A stretch of 64,000 nucleotides of DNA from a virus. The notes beneath the pieces were generated by a model. The model was given only the letters and a program-made list of their open reading frames with translations, was not told the origin of the DNA and did no database searches. Both the position numbers and the translations under genes were made by a program. The DNA lies in the IMG/VR virus record IMGVR_UViG_3300033156_000424, positions 7,121 to 71,120 of that record. One strand, written 5' to 3'. Of this stretch, positions 1 through 9,111 are shown piece by piece (the first letter of the stretch is position 1; every line of letters starts with the position of its first letter).

Positions 1-2
1 TA

Positions 3-626
3 GGAGGATATATAAAACAATTACCATATAATAGGGTAAAAATATCAGAGAGAAATACAGAATATATTAATCTCACTTGTAGGTTTTATTTTGAAATTGA
101 TTATAAAGATAACATACGAAAAGAGATGAAAGAATCTTTTAAATTTGACATAATAGCTACAGATAATGGAACAACAATAACAGCAAACTATAATGTAGTT
201 TTGATGAAAGTTTCTATCCCAAGAGAAAATAATATAGGATTGTATGTAAATGATGTAAAAATAGACGAAATAAAATATGATGAAGGGGTTGAGATAAATA
301 AAACATTTGATTTTGTTATAAAGAGTCCAATAAGAAAAATGATTAATGAAAGTATTGTAAATATTTTTGATATAAATACCTATATATCATTTATAAATAC
401 ACCAGTAGAACCGAGAGAGACGTTGTGGATTATGATGTTGGTACCTTTTACAGTTGGATTTTTAGTTTCTGTGTTTATATCCACAGTTTTTGTTTTGACA
501 GCAGATGATTTGGAGTACAATAAGCGATATGTTATTATTGAAGTGTTTATTGGTTCATCTCGTGATTATAAAGTGAGAAAGAAAGAAGCTAAAGAAAGAG
601 ATGAGAGTAATGGATATTCTATATAA
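3..626 (+). CDS. membrane protein, 5'-truncated at window edge
   Basis: Frame is open from position 3, upstream of the listed ATG at 126; one hydrophobic segment (LWIMMLVPFTVGFLVSVFISTVFVL). Confidence 0.6.
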   Translation, partial: GGYIKQLPYNRVKISERNTEYINLTCRFYFEIDYKDNIRKEMKESFKFDIIATDNGTTITANYNVVLMKVSIPRENNIGLYVNDVKIDEIKYDEGVEINKTFDFVIKSPIRKMINESIVNIFDINTYISFINTPVEPRETLWIMMLVPFTVGFLVSVFISTVFVLTADDLEYNKRYVIIEVFIGSSRDYKVRKKEAKERDESNGYSI

Positions 627-825
627 ATTTAGTGAAGATGATTATGAAGAATTATATTATAGAATACGTCATAAATTAAATAATTTATATCTCCTTCTTG
701 AGACAAAGATTGATGTACAAAAAATGGGGAGAAAAATGGTATGGGAGAAGCAGAGAGCAAAGGAAAAAATAAAAATATTAGAAGATTTGTTAATAGATAT
801 GAAAGTTCCAAAATCAAATAAATAA
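601..825 (+). CDS. hypothetical protein
   Basis: ORF in tightly packed + strand early cluster. Confidence 0.5.
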   Translation: MRVMDILYKFSEDDYEELYYRIRHKLNNLYLLLETKIDVQKMGRKMVWEKQRAKEKIKILEDLLIDMKVPKSNK

Positions 826-829
826 AGGA

Positions 830-1318
830 TTGATAAAAATGATTACAGATGATGATGAAATTTTCCCAATAGAATATTATGGAAATAGTAGTAGATTTAT
901 TGATTTTAAGTTGTTTATAGATAAGAAAGAAGTTGGAGAAGTGGTTAAAATTGTATTTATAAATGATGATGTTATGGAATATACAGCAAATATAGTTATT
1001 ACTGAAGAAAACAGAGAATATATATATAAAGATGTATTAAATGTTGTTGGATTAAAGAATATCGAAAACGGAAAATATAGATTATTTGGACTTCCAATAG
1101 GTGATAAAAACTATATAACGGTAACTGGAGTGGTTGGGATGAGTGGGGTTATTATTAAATTTGAACAAAGTAGAATAGATATACATACAGTAACACATAA
1201 ACCACCTATCTATATGGAGATGGCTGTAACAAACATTGATTCATATAAAAACATTGATTCATGTGATATTGAAAAGAGTATAGAATGGAAAGAAAAAGGA
1301 TGGATAAAAGATGTATAA
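830..1318 (+). CDS. hypothetical protein
   Basis: 162-aa ORF in co-directional cluster. Confidence 0.6.
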   Translation: MIKMITDDDEIFPIEYYGNSSRFIDFKLFIDKKEVGEVVKIVFINDDVMEYTANIVITEENREYIYKDVLNVVGLKNIENGKYRLFGLPIGDKNYITVTGVVGMSGVIIKFEQSRIDIHTVTHKPPIYMEMAVTNIDSYKNIDSCDIEKSIEWKEKGWIKDV

Positions 1319-1475
1319 AGGGTCAGAATATAGAACTATGGAAGAAGTAGCTGAAGCTTGTGGTGTGTCAAGAATGACTATCCATAAAAGAATACGTGAA
1401 TGGAAAGATGTTGATATATTACCAAACATATCATTAAATATTGTGATACATAAAAAACAAAAAGGAGGCAACTAA
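1311..1475 (+). CDS. small HTH DNA-binding protein (54 aa, not in ORF track)
   Basis: Manual translation MYKGSEYRTMEEVAEACGVSRMTIHKRIREWKDVDILPN... shows a classic HTH pattern. Confidence 0.75.
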   Translation: MYKGSEYRTMEEVAEACGVSRMTIHKRIREWKDVDILPNISLNIVIHKKQKGGN

Positions 1476-1476
1476 A

Positions 1477-1833
1477 ATGATGAGAGAAAGAGATGTATAT
1501 ACTCATATAGTTGAAATATTTGATTTTCGTGGAAGAATATGTATGATACGAAGGGTTATTATGCCATTATTTAATGAAGATATTACATATCATAACGGAT
1601 ATGTTGAAAAGGCAAAGAATATGTATGGAAAAGGATATTATGATGCCAATGTTGAAGGTGTAGATGTTGGAGAAGAAATAACGTTTGATGGTTCTTGGAG
1701 TGAGTTTAAAGGCAGAGAATTTTGGGGATTTGATACGATGCACTCATATGATACAAAAGAAACACAATCACATAAAGCTGTTAAGGAAAGATTATTAAAA
1801 TTTGCTGAAGAAATCATAGCGAGTGGATTATAA
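1477..1833 (+). CDS. hypothetical phage protein
   Basis: HNGYV...EITF...WGFDTMH pattern seen in small phage proteins. Confidence 0.6.
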   Translation: MMRERDVYTHIVEIFDFRGRICMIRRVIMPLFNEDITYHNGYVEKAKNMYGKGYYDANVEGVDVGEEITFDGSWSEFKGREFWGFDTMHSYDTKETQSHKAVKERLLKFAEEIIASGL

Positions 1834-1834
1834 G

Positions 1835-1996
1835 ATGATTACAAATAAACCAAATTATAGAACAGTAAAAGAGATAGCTGATGTATGTGGTGTATCTGAA
1901 GCAACGGTACAAAGAAGACTCAAAGAATGGAAAGAAGCTGGTATTATACCTAATGTGTATTTAAGGAAGATAATAAACAATTTATTGATAGAGTGA
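1835..1996 (+). CDS. small HTH DNA-binding protein (53 aa, not in ORF track), paralog of 1311..1475
   Basis: Manual translation MITNKPNYRTVKEIADVCGVSEATVQRRLKEWKEAGIIPN... Confidence 0.75.
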   Translation: MITNKPNYRTVKEIADVCGVSEATVQRRLKEWKEAGIIPNVYLRKIINNLLIE

Positions 1997-2373
1997 AGAT
2001 GAGAAAGATGAAAGAACATTTAATTGAATATTATGAGAAAATGAGGAGAAAAGAACTTATAAGAGAGATTGAGATATTACGTGATTTGGTTTTAGAGGTT
2101 ATTGGAGACGAGAAATTATTAGAGAAGATAATCAAACTTGAACATGCGAGAACACAATATTATGAGTTACCAGAAAGCTGGGTAATTGATGATGAAGATG
2201 ATAAAGACGAAAAAATTGCTGTAAAAGAATTAATAGATTTGTTACATGAACCTCCTCTAACTCATAAAAAGAAAAGATGGTATCCATTTAAAAAAATAAT
2301 CAACTTTTTTAGAAGATTAAAAGACGATTTAGGTGTATTATCTACAATTGGAGAGTGGGATAATGAAAAATAA
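1993..2373 (+). CDS. hypothetical protein
   Basis: ORF overlapping the upstream stop codon. Confidence 0.55.
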   Translation: MKMRKMKEHLIEYYEKMRRKELIREIEILRDLVLEVIGDEKLLEKIIKLEHARTQYYELPESWVIDDEDDKDEKIAVKELIDLLHEPPLTHKKKRWYPFKKIINFFRRLKDDLGVLSTIGEWDNEK

Positions 2374-2488
2374 TATGAGAAAAAGACTTCTTTTTTTGAG
2401 AGTCAAATTATGGAAAAAAATTATAGAGTTTGCAGAAAAACGAAAAGAATATCTTTTTGATAAGTATTTTATGTATAGGTGATATAAA

Positions 2489-2719
2489 ATGTTCATAGTA
2501 TATGCTTCAGATTACGATGCGATGGAAGTGTTTGGTATATTTGATACAAAAGAAAAGGCAGAGTTTTGTTTATCTGAAGTTGTAAAAGAGGAAGGAGAAT
2601 TTGGGTTTTTTAAACCAGACCAATTTAAAATAAAAGAAATAGTAGTAAATGCAATTTATTATGATGGGTTTTTTTATATTGTTTATTTACCACAAAACGA
2701 GGAAGATAAAAATGGATGA
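2489..2719 (+). CDS. small phage protein (GIF.T.EKAE motif)
   Basis: AGGTGA RBS upstream; VFGIFDTKEKAE motif common in small phage proteins. Confidence 0.6.
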   Translation: MFIVYASDYDAMEVFGIFDTKEKAEFCLSEVVKEEGEFGFFKPDQFKIKEIVVNAIYYDGFFYIVYLPQNEEDKNG

Positions 2720-3092
2720 GGAAAGACTTGAAATGTTTAACACATTGTTGGTGTTATTAGAAACGTTTGATGAGAGAGAGATTCATAAACTTATCATTTT
2801 TGTGCAAGACCTCTTGACTCGTGAGTGGAATGAGTGTTTAAAATATGATGTAAAAACTGTTGAAGATTTCTTTACTCTTTTTAATCAGATATATGAGATT
2901 GATAGTACAGCATTTTTTAAAACACTTGACGAAAAATATATAGCTTGGGATTTTGTATCATTACCAAATGGAATGATTGCGTATAAATTATCTAATACTG
3001 GGAGAATAGAACAAAAAAGACCAAAAGATTTACATAAGAGGATAAAATTGTTGCGAAACAAAAGGTTTTTAAGAGATGGTGAGATAGGATGA
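2712..3092 (+). CDS. hypothetical protein
   Basis: Likely start MDEERL overlapping the end of the previous gene. Confidence 0.5.
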   Translation: MDEERLEMFNTLLVLLETFDEREIHKLIIFVQDLLTREWNECLKYDVKTVEDFFTLFNQIYEIDSTAFFKTLDEKYIAWDFVSLPNGMIAYKLSNTGRIEQKRPKDLHKRIKLLRNKRFLRDGEIG

Positions 3093-3286
3093 GTGAATTT
3101 GGAAAACTTGTAGAATTTTATAATAAAATAACAGTTCTTGATGTTTGTCTTCTTGAACATTTAGCTGATGAAACACCAATTATACGAATGTGTGCTAATA
3201 TATTATATAAAGAAATAGGAAAAGCAAGAGCAATAATAGATGAAACAATACAACTTATAGATAGAATAATAAAAGAAAGAAAGTGA
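3089..3286 (+). CDS. hypothetical protein
   Basis: GGTGAG RBS, ATGA overlap with previous gene. Confidence 0.55.
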   Translation: MSEFGKLVEFYNKITVLDVCLLEHLADETPIIRMCANILYKEIGKARAIIDETIQLIDRIIKERK

Positions 3287-3558
3287 TAATAATGACTAAA
3301 ATAGGAAATTATTTAAAAAATGTTATTTCAAGAATTATGGTTGCAGTTGGTTATATTGTTTGGGTTACTATAATCTGTTTAGTAGTATTACTTTTATTTT
3401 TATTATCTATTATACATATATTTATGTTACCACTTATCTGGGTTTTTGCTGGAGAGAAAAATACACAAAAAACAATAGATTGGTGGGAAAATGTGGATAG
3501 AAAAATAAATAACATCGATAGAAAAGTATTTAAATCATGTAAAGAAAAAGTAAAGTGA
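3283..3558 (+). CDS. small membrane protein
   Basis: Long hydrophobic stretch. Confidence 0.55.
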   Translation: MIIMTKIGNYLKNVISRIMVAVGYIVWVTIICLVVLLLFLLSIIHIFMLPLIWVFAGEKNTQKTIDWWENVDRKINNIDRKVFKSCKEKVK

Positions 3559-3689
3559 GAAAAATGAAAACAGTATATACACTTATCATAATATCTTTAT
3601 CTACTATTTCAGTAGTGTTATTAACACTATTCTTTGGTTGGTTAGTAGATAGAACAAGTGATAAGGGGTATTTTGATACAATAAGATAA

Positions 3690-3763
3690 GCGACCATCGT
3701 TCAACGGAAGGACAATGTACTGCCAGTACATTAACGTGGGTTCGAATCCCTCTGGTCGCACCA
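3690..3763 (+). tRNA. tRNA-Gly(GCC), intronless, CCA encoded
   Basis: Acceptor GCGACCA/TGGTCGC, D arm GTTC/GGAC, anticodon arm ATGTA-CTGCCAG-TACAT, T loop TTCGAAT, discriminator A followed by CCA. Confidence 0.95.
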
Positions 3764-3769
3764 AAAAAA

Positions 3770-3973
3770 GTGATAAAAATGAAATATTGTGATATATGTG
3801 GTAAAGAAGCAACACAAACTTGTCAGAAATGTGGAGCTGATTATTGTGATGATTGTGCTTTACCATTTGATATTGAATATGATGGGAAAGACAGATTTGG
3901 AAAAACATCAAAGATAAAACTTACCATTTATACTCAATGTCCAATTTGTCCAAAGATAAAGTGGTTTAAGTAA
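3770..3973 (+). CDS. small Cys-rich zinc-finger protein
   Basis: Four CxxC pairs. Confidence 0.6.
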   Translation: MIKMKYCDICGKEATQTCQKCGADYCDDCALPFDIEYDGKDRFGKTSKIKLTIYTQCPICPKIKWFK

Positions 3974-3981
3974 AAAACAAA

Positions 3982-5031
3982 GTGATTAAAATGAAGAAAT
4001 ATCCAAAAATACCTCATAAAACGAGGAAAGATGTAAATTTTGTTCCTTTTGAGCCAGAACATGATGTTGTGATTCAAGAGAAGGTAGATGGAGAAAATTT
4101 TAGAATACAAATAGAAAAGGAAGAAATTACCGATATGAGTTCTATGTTTAAGTTCTCATATGGAAGCAGACGAGTTGATAACATAAATGCAAATGGTGGA
4201 TTTGGAAAAATAATAGAATATTTCGAATCAGAACCGTTCATGCCAACTCATATTAGTAATTTATTTGATATAGCAACAAGAGTATATAGAACATATGTAC
4301 AAAAAATAACAGTTTTTGGAGAGTTTCTTGGAAGTCATAAACACAAGAAAATACCGTATGATAGAGCACCGAAGAACAATCTTGCTGTGTTTGATATTAT
4401 GATATCTAATGATAAGGAATATGCATTTATTCATCCAGCAAGTAATCTATTTACTCTAATTTGTGATACACTTAAAGTTGATAAAGTTCCTATACTTTAT
4501 ATGGGGAAAAGTGGATGTGGGATGCAAGATTTCATTAAACTTAATGAGAGTTTTTTTGATAAGATGAGTTATCTTGGAGGACATAAAATAGAAGGAACTG
4601 TTGCAAAAAACTATGAGAACTTTATAGACGATGAGAAAGGAGTAAAGATGGTAGATATATCTTTTGGTGGAGATGAACTTGGTCTTCCGATGATTAAGTT
4701 TGTTCAAGAACACCTTAAAGAACATGCACATGTTGAAAATATAGTTACCGATACTATTGAAGGTATAGTTAATTTCATAGCTGATAGATGTATTACTGAA
4801 GGAAGGGTATATAAAGCACTAACAAAGATAGAATTTGATGAGCAAAAGAAATGTGATAGAACAGATACACCAAAGATTATAAAAGAAGTTATGAATGATG
4901 TGCTTATAGAAGAAGATGAACATATACGAAAAATGCTTTATAAAGAATTTAAAGATAAATTTGGAAGAAAAGCGAATAAAATAGTAAAGATATATTTTAA
5001 ATTATTAGAAAAAGGATTAGAAGAAAGGTGA
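3982..5031 (+). CDS. ATP-dependent RNA ligase, Rnl2-like
   Basis: YPKI N-terminus, motif I QEKVDGEN, then FGEF, VFDI, VPIL, EGTVAK and a motif V lysine; helical C-terminal domain. Confidence 0.85.
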   Translation: MIKMKKYPKIPHKTRKDVNFVPFEPEHDVVIQEKVDGENFRIQIEKEEITDMSSMFKFSYGSRRVDNINANGGFGKIIEYFESEPFMPTHISNLFDIATRVYRTYVQKITVFGEFLGSHKHKKIPYDRAPKNNLAVFDIMISNDKEYAFIHPASNLFTLICDTLKVDKVPILYMGKSGCGMQDFIKLNESFFDKMSYLGGHKIEGTVAKNYENFIDDEKGVKMVDISFGGDELGLPMIKFVQEHLKEHAHVENIVTDTIEGIVNFIADRCITEGRVYKALTKIEFDEQKKCDRTDTPKIIKEVMNDVLIEEDEHIRKMLYKEFKDKFGRKANKIVKIYFKLLEKGLEER

Positions 5032-5231
5032 AAAACATGATAGAAAAAAGGGTTTATATAGATAAAGAAGGAGATTATTGTTTTAGATATTATAGAAAAA
5101 ACTCTACAATTGAATTACTTCATGAAAATGAAATTATTCATGTGTTACAATATGATGATATTAGAATTATTCAAGAGTTCTTTTTAGATGTAATTGAATA
5201 TATAGATAGATGTGTTGATTTAGATGAGTGA
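5028..5231 (+). CDS. hypothetical protein
   Basis: ORF with GGTGA RBS. Confidence 0.5.
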   Translation: MKNMIEKRVYIDKEGDYCFRYYRKNSTIELLHENEIIHVLQYDDIRIIQEFFLDVIEYIDRCVDLDE

Positions 5232-5356
5232 TAAAAAATGTCTCCAGAATTAATTACAGTGATATTTACTTGTGTCATAATGGGAATATTCATCTTATTT
5301 AAGATTGGAGAAATAATATATGTTATTGTAGATAACTATTTAAATTAGGTGAAAAA

Positions 5357-5617
5357 ATGTATTCAAAAAACTATGATGATATATTAGATGAGAAATTTAA
5401 AAAAGAACCAATATGTGCTAATTGTAAATATTTAAGAGTAACATATTATTTTAATCGTAATGATTATGCTTGTGCGTACGATAAAAGAAACATACATAGA
5501 TTTGGTTCTGCTGGAAATAGAAAACAATTAAGTAATATGTTAGAAGAAAGAGGATATGATTGTGATAGAGTTACTAAAGTACTTAATTTTATAGTTGAAA
5601 GAGGAATAGGAAAATGA
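5357..5617 (+). CDS. Cys-containing hypothetical protein
   Basis: AGGTGA RBS; CANC motif. Confidence 0.55.
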   Translation: MYSKNYDDILDEKFKKEPICANCKYLRVTYYFNRNDYACAYDKRNIHRFGSAGNRKQLSNMLEERGYDCDRVTKVLNFIVERGIGK

Positions 5618-5844
5618 GTGACAAAGAAAAAAGTGTTCATAAAATTCAGTTTCATCCGTTATTTAATAAGGTATTTAAACAAGTTGTTGATATAGGATAT
5701 AATCATGATGAATCATGGGAAATAACTAAAGAAATGATTGAGTTAAATAGAAAACTTTATCAATTAGAAGAATGTTTGAAGTTTTTGAAACCCCTCATAG
5801 AATTATGGGATAATGAAAAAGATGAGTTTTGGAATGATGTATAA
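5614..5844 (+). CDS. hypothetical protein
   Basis: ATGA overlap with previous gene. Confidence 0.5.
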   Translation: MSDKEKSVHKIQFHPLFNKVFKQVVDIGYNHDESWEITKEMIELNRKLYQLEECLKFLKPLIELWDNEKDEFWNDV

Positions 5845-5973
5845 TAAATGTAAAAAATGTAAATATTTAGCTCATCCGAGAATGATTAATAAGGAATCTT
5901 GGTGTATGAGAAAAAATGATTTTATATTTACAGAAGACCAGATAGATTGTGATTTATTTAAAGTAAAAGAGAA

Positions 5974-6537
5974 GTGAAGAAGATGGGACAGCAGATATAC
6001 AATAGAAAAAATAACGAAAGAGAACCAAATGATTTTTATGTAACTCCTCCAGAGACTACACGAGCACTTATGGAAAGAGAAAAGTTTGATGGACTTATTT
6101 GGGAATGTGCTTGTGGTACTGGGGAGATGGCTGAAGTTATAAAAGAATATGATTGTATGGTTTTTTCGAGTGATTTGATAGATAGAGGATATGGTCGTGG
6201 TGGAGTTGATTTTTTACAACATCCAGATGAGGATGAGGTAGAGAATATAATTACAAATCCACCATATAAACATGCATTTGCATTTGTTAAAAAAGCCAAG
6301 AAAATTGCTACAAAAAAGATAGCAATGCTCTTAAAAATAACATTTCTTGAAGGTATATCAAGATATGAGATGTTTCAAGATACAGACTTTCCTCTAAAAA
6401 TAGTATATGTTTTTTGTAGAAGACAAAAAGTAGCTAAAGAAGGTATGGAATTAAAAAATGCTGGTATGATTGCTTATGCATGGTTTGTGTGGGATAAAGA
6501 ATATAAAGGAAAACCAATAATTGAGTGGATACCATAA
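5974..6537 (+). CDS. DNA adenine methyltransferase
   Basis: DFYVTP, SAM motif ECACGTG, catalytic NPPY, YAWFVW. Confidence 0.85.
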   Translation: MKKMGQQIYNRKNNEREPNDFYVTPPETTRALMEREKFDGLIWECACGTGEMAEVIKEYDCMVFSSDLIDRGYGRGGVDFLQHPDEDEVENIITNPPYKHAFAFVKKAKKIATKKIAMLLKITFLEGISRYEMFQDTDFPLKIVYVFCRRQKVAKEGMELKNAGMIAYAWFVWDKEYKGKPIIEWIP

Positions 6538-6546
6538 CACTTCAAC

Positions 6547-6564
6547 AGAAATGTTTATATATAT
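6547..6564 (+). promoter_or_regulatory. archaeal-type promoter (BRE+TATA)
   Basis: AGAAATG-TTTATATA about 25-30 nt before the next ORF. Confidence 0.55.
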
Positions 6565-6583
6565 GATATTTTAAACGTTTGAA

Positions 6584-6784
6584 GTGATGTCAATGACTGA
6601 ATTTAGATATTATAATAAACCGGTATGTCCTAAATGTGGAAAGAAGATGATAGATGTGAGAATGTTCTTCTCTGAATGGAAGGAAAGAAATCTTTCTGTG
6701 AGGTTTTATTGTGATAATTGTGATATTCATCGATGGGTTGTTATAAAAAAAGCAAATTTGACATTTGGTGATATATATGAATAG
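6584..6784 (+). CDS. zinc-ribbon protein
   Basis: CPKCG and CDNC motifs. Confidence 0.6.
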   Translation: MMSMTEFRYYNKPVCPKCGKKMIDVRMFFSEWKERNLSVRFYCDNCDIHRWVVIKKANLTFGDIYE

Positions 6785-7019
6785 AAACACAAAAAAAGAG
6801 AATGAAGAAATATTAAACGCAATGACAGAAGAAGAAATAATGATGATGAGAAATAGATTTATCAATTTTTACTATGATGAAAAATTAAGACTTAAAGAGA
6901 CCCTTTTTTTTATATCATTATTTAACAAACAGTTAAAAGAGTTTAAAAAGAAGGAAAACAAAATAAACAGATTTAAGAAATTGGAAGAATTCATAGACAG
7001 AACATACCAAAAAGTTTAA
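6765..7019 (+). CDS. hypothetical protein
   Basis: ORF with GGTGA RBS. Confidence 0.5.
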   Translation: MVIYMNRNTKKENEEILNAMTEEEIMMMRNRFINFYYDEKLRLKETLFFISLFNKQLKEFKKKENKINRFKKLEEFIDRTYQKV

Positions 7020-7041
7020 AAATGAGTGAGAGATTACTATC

Positions 7042-7257
7042 GTGATTAAAATGAGTTCAACTGATATTAATAATTATAGAGCATGTGATGATTGTAAAGG
7101 TCTTTTTTCTACTTTGAATCTAATAGAAATAGAGACAAAGAATAAGATAATAAATAAACTTATTTGTGATGAGTGTTTAAAAATAAGAAACAAAAGAGCA
7201 TTTTTAAAGAGACAGAGAAAGGAAAGATTTAACACAATCATTGAAAAAGTGTCATAA
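7042..7257 (+). CDS. zinc-finger protein
   Basis: CDDC and CDEC motifs. Confidence 0.55.
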   Translation: MIKMSSTDINNYRACDDCKGLFSTLNLIEIETKNKIINKLICDECLKIRNKRAFLKRQRKERFNTIIEKVS

Positions 7258-7359
7258 AAAATTTACGCGTAGAAAAATTGGATTTTTTATTTTTTCAGAA
7301 TAGATGAAAGTAAAAAATTCAATTTTGAAGTGTTTAGATGAAAAAAAGAGGAGAAAGAA

Positions 7360-7551
7360 ATGAATTTTTTAACAACAAAGATACTGCGAAAGATTAAATG
7401 TAATTTTTGTACCAAAAAGACTATAAAAAAAGATAAGGGGAAGTTTGTCTGTACGAATTGTGGGATGATGTACGAGGAATGGGAGTTATGGGACATGGTT
7501 GATGAGGAAAACAAGTACAATGGGATATGGAAATATGAATATAAAAAATAA
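7360..7551 (+). CDS. zinc-ribbon protein
   Basis: GAGGAG RBS; CNFC and CTNCG motifs. Confidence 0.6.
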   Translation: MNFLTTKILRKIKCNFCTKKTIKKDKGKFVCTNCGMMYEEWELWDMVDEENKYNGIWKYEYKK

Positions 7552-7699
7552 AATAGAGATAGAGATGAGATTTTCTGAAGATGTATATGATTGTTTTGAG
7601 TATTTAAAGGATAGATTTCCAGAACTTGCTCGAAGATTTATTTCATCATATAAGAAAAACAACAATACATGGATTTGTGAGTTTAAGACGGATTGATAT

Positions 7700-7892
7700 C
7701 ATGACAAGTAGTTGTAGTAGATGTGATAAACCGTTTCAAAGAGAACCAATTAAATGTGCTGTACATAAGGGATATATTTGTATGGATTGTGTTGGTTATG
7801 TTGATAGAGAAGGACATTATTATTGTTGGGATTGTATTGAGATAGGACAAAAATATGATGAATTTAAGGAGAATGAAATAAATGTATTATAA
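7700..7892 (+). CDS. Cys-rich zinc-finger protein (start approximate)
   Basis: MTSSCSRC...CAVH...CMDC...CWDC. Confidence 0.5.
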
Positions 7893-8676
7893 AAGCACAA
7901 ACAATAGAGGTCAAAGCATAGAACTTTTTCATGTTGATTGTATAGAATTAATGAATAGCTGGGTAAGTGAATGTGAAACATGTAATGTTGGTATGTATGA
8001 TGTTATTTTTGTTGACCCACCGTTTGGTATAAATTTTAGAAATAATGTTGGATATTACAATAGAGATAATACAAATGTTATAGAATATGAAGATATAAAT
8101 CCAATAGAATATAATTATTTTACAAGAGAGTGGATTAACCTTGTGTCGTTTTTATTGAAAGATACTGGAGTGTTATGGGTTGTATCTGGATGGTCTAATA
8201 TTGATATTATTAGGTCATGGGCAAGATATTATAAACTGTTCCTTATAAATGAAGTTATATGGCATTTTCCTTTTGGTGTTTTTCATAAAGGGAAAAAATT
8301 TATATCAAGTCATTATACTTTATCATTATTTGTTAAGAATAAAAAGAAATATTTTTTTAATTCTGAAGCATTTTTCCCATTTAAGAAAGGTAAAGGAAAT
8401 AATAAAAAAAATTATGAAGATAGACAAGATGTGTGGATAATACCAAGAGAATATGTAAAGGGAAAAAAGAAAACAGCGACAGTTTTACCATATAAACTTA
8501 TTTATAAAATGTTAAAATATACTTCTAAAAGTGGAGACATTTTATTAGACCCAATGATGGGGAGTGGAAGAACATTAGAAGTAGCATATAAGTTGGGATT
8601 GAATGTTGTTGGGATAGAAAAAAATAAAAAAACGTTTGATTTTGCATATGATAACCTTAAACATCTTTTTAATTAA
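7882..8676 (+). CDS. DNA methyltransferase, beta class (N6A/N4C)
   Basis: Catalytic DPPF before SAM motif LDPMMGSG; DVW and GIE motifs. Confidence 0.9.
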   Translation: MYYKSTNNRGQSIELFHVDCIELMNSWVSECETCNVGMYDVIFVDPPFGINFRNNVGYYNRDNTNVIEYEDINPIEYNYFTREWINLVSFLLKDTGVLWVVSGWSNIDIIRSWARYYKLFLINEVIWHFPFGVFHKGKKFISSHYTLSLFVKNKKKYFFNSEAFFPFKKGKGNNKKNYEDRQDVWIIPREYVKGKKKTATVLPYKLIYKMLKYTSKSGDILLDPMMGSGRTLEVAYKLGLNVVGIEKNKKTFDFAYDNLKHLFN

Positions 8677-8689
8677 TTAAAAAAACTTA

Positions 8690-8707
8690 AAAGAAAACAT
8701 TTATAAG
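8690..8707 (+). promoter_or_regulatory. archaeal-type promoter
   Basis: AAGAAAACA-TTTATAAG, the same motif as at about 10610 and 15520. Confidence 0.65.
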
Positions 8708-8751
8708 TAACAAAAATAATAACAATATAAGAATTATGGAAGTATGATAGA

Positions 8752-9111
8752 ATGGAAGATGAATTTGTTGATATAAGCGAGACTATTGGAATAAAAGAAG
8801 ACAATGAAACCATAACTATAAGATATAGAGGAAAACAAGCCATAGAAGCTGTTGCTATGTTGAGAAGTATATATTTGACCAAGTATCATAAAGAACCAGA
8901 GTTTATTATTGTTGATGATGTAACATATCTTATGATTAAAGCAAATGTATTTAATCATAATGAAACATTCTTCTCACCAGATGATGTGTTAGACGACATT
9001 CTTGGAATGAAGATAATAAATAAGAATAATTGTATATCATTTACACAAAATGATATAACATTTATTGATAATAGTGATGGTGGAGAAGAAGATGCCGAGA
9101 TTGGTTCATAA
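8752..9111 (+). CDS. hypothetical protein resembling an isolated HK97 capsid A-domain
   Basis: EAVAML...PEFIIVDDVTY...ILGMKII...NDITFI pattern. Confidence 0.35.
   Translation: MEDEFVDISETIGIKEDNETITIRYRGKQAIEAVAMLRSIYLTKYHKEPEFIIVDDVTYLMIKANVFNHNETFFSPDDVLDDILGMKIINKNNCISFTQNDITFIDNSDGGEEDAEIGS

Noticed and set aside
3690-3763. tRNA as a provirus attachment site or host boundary
   Set aside because: Viral-type genes lie on both sides; no integrase or duplicated tRNA 3' end was seen in the window.
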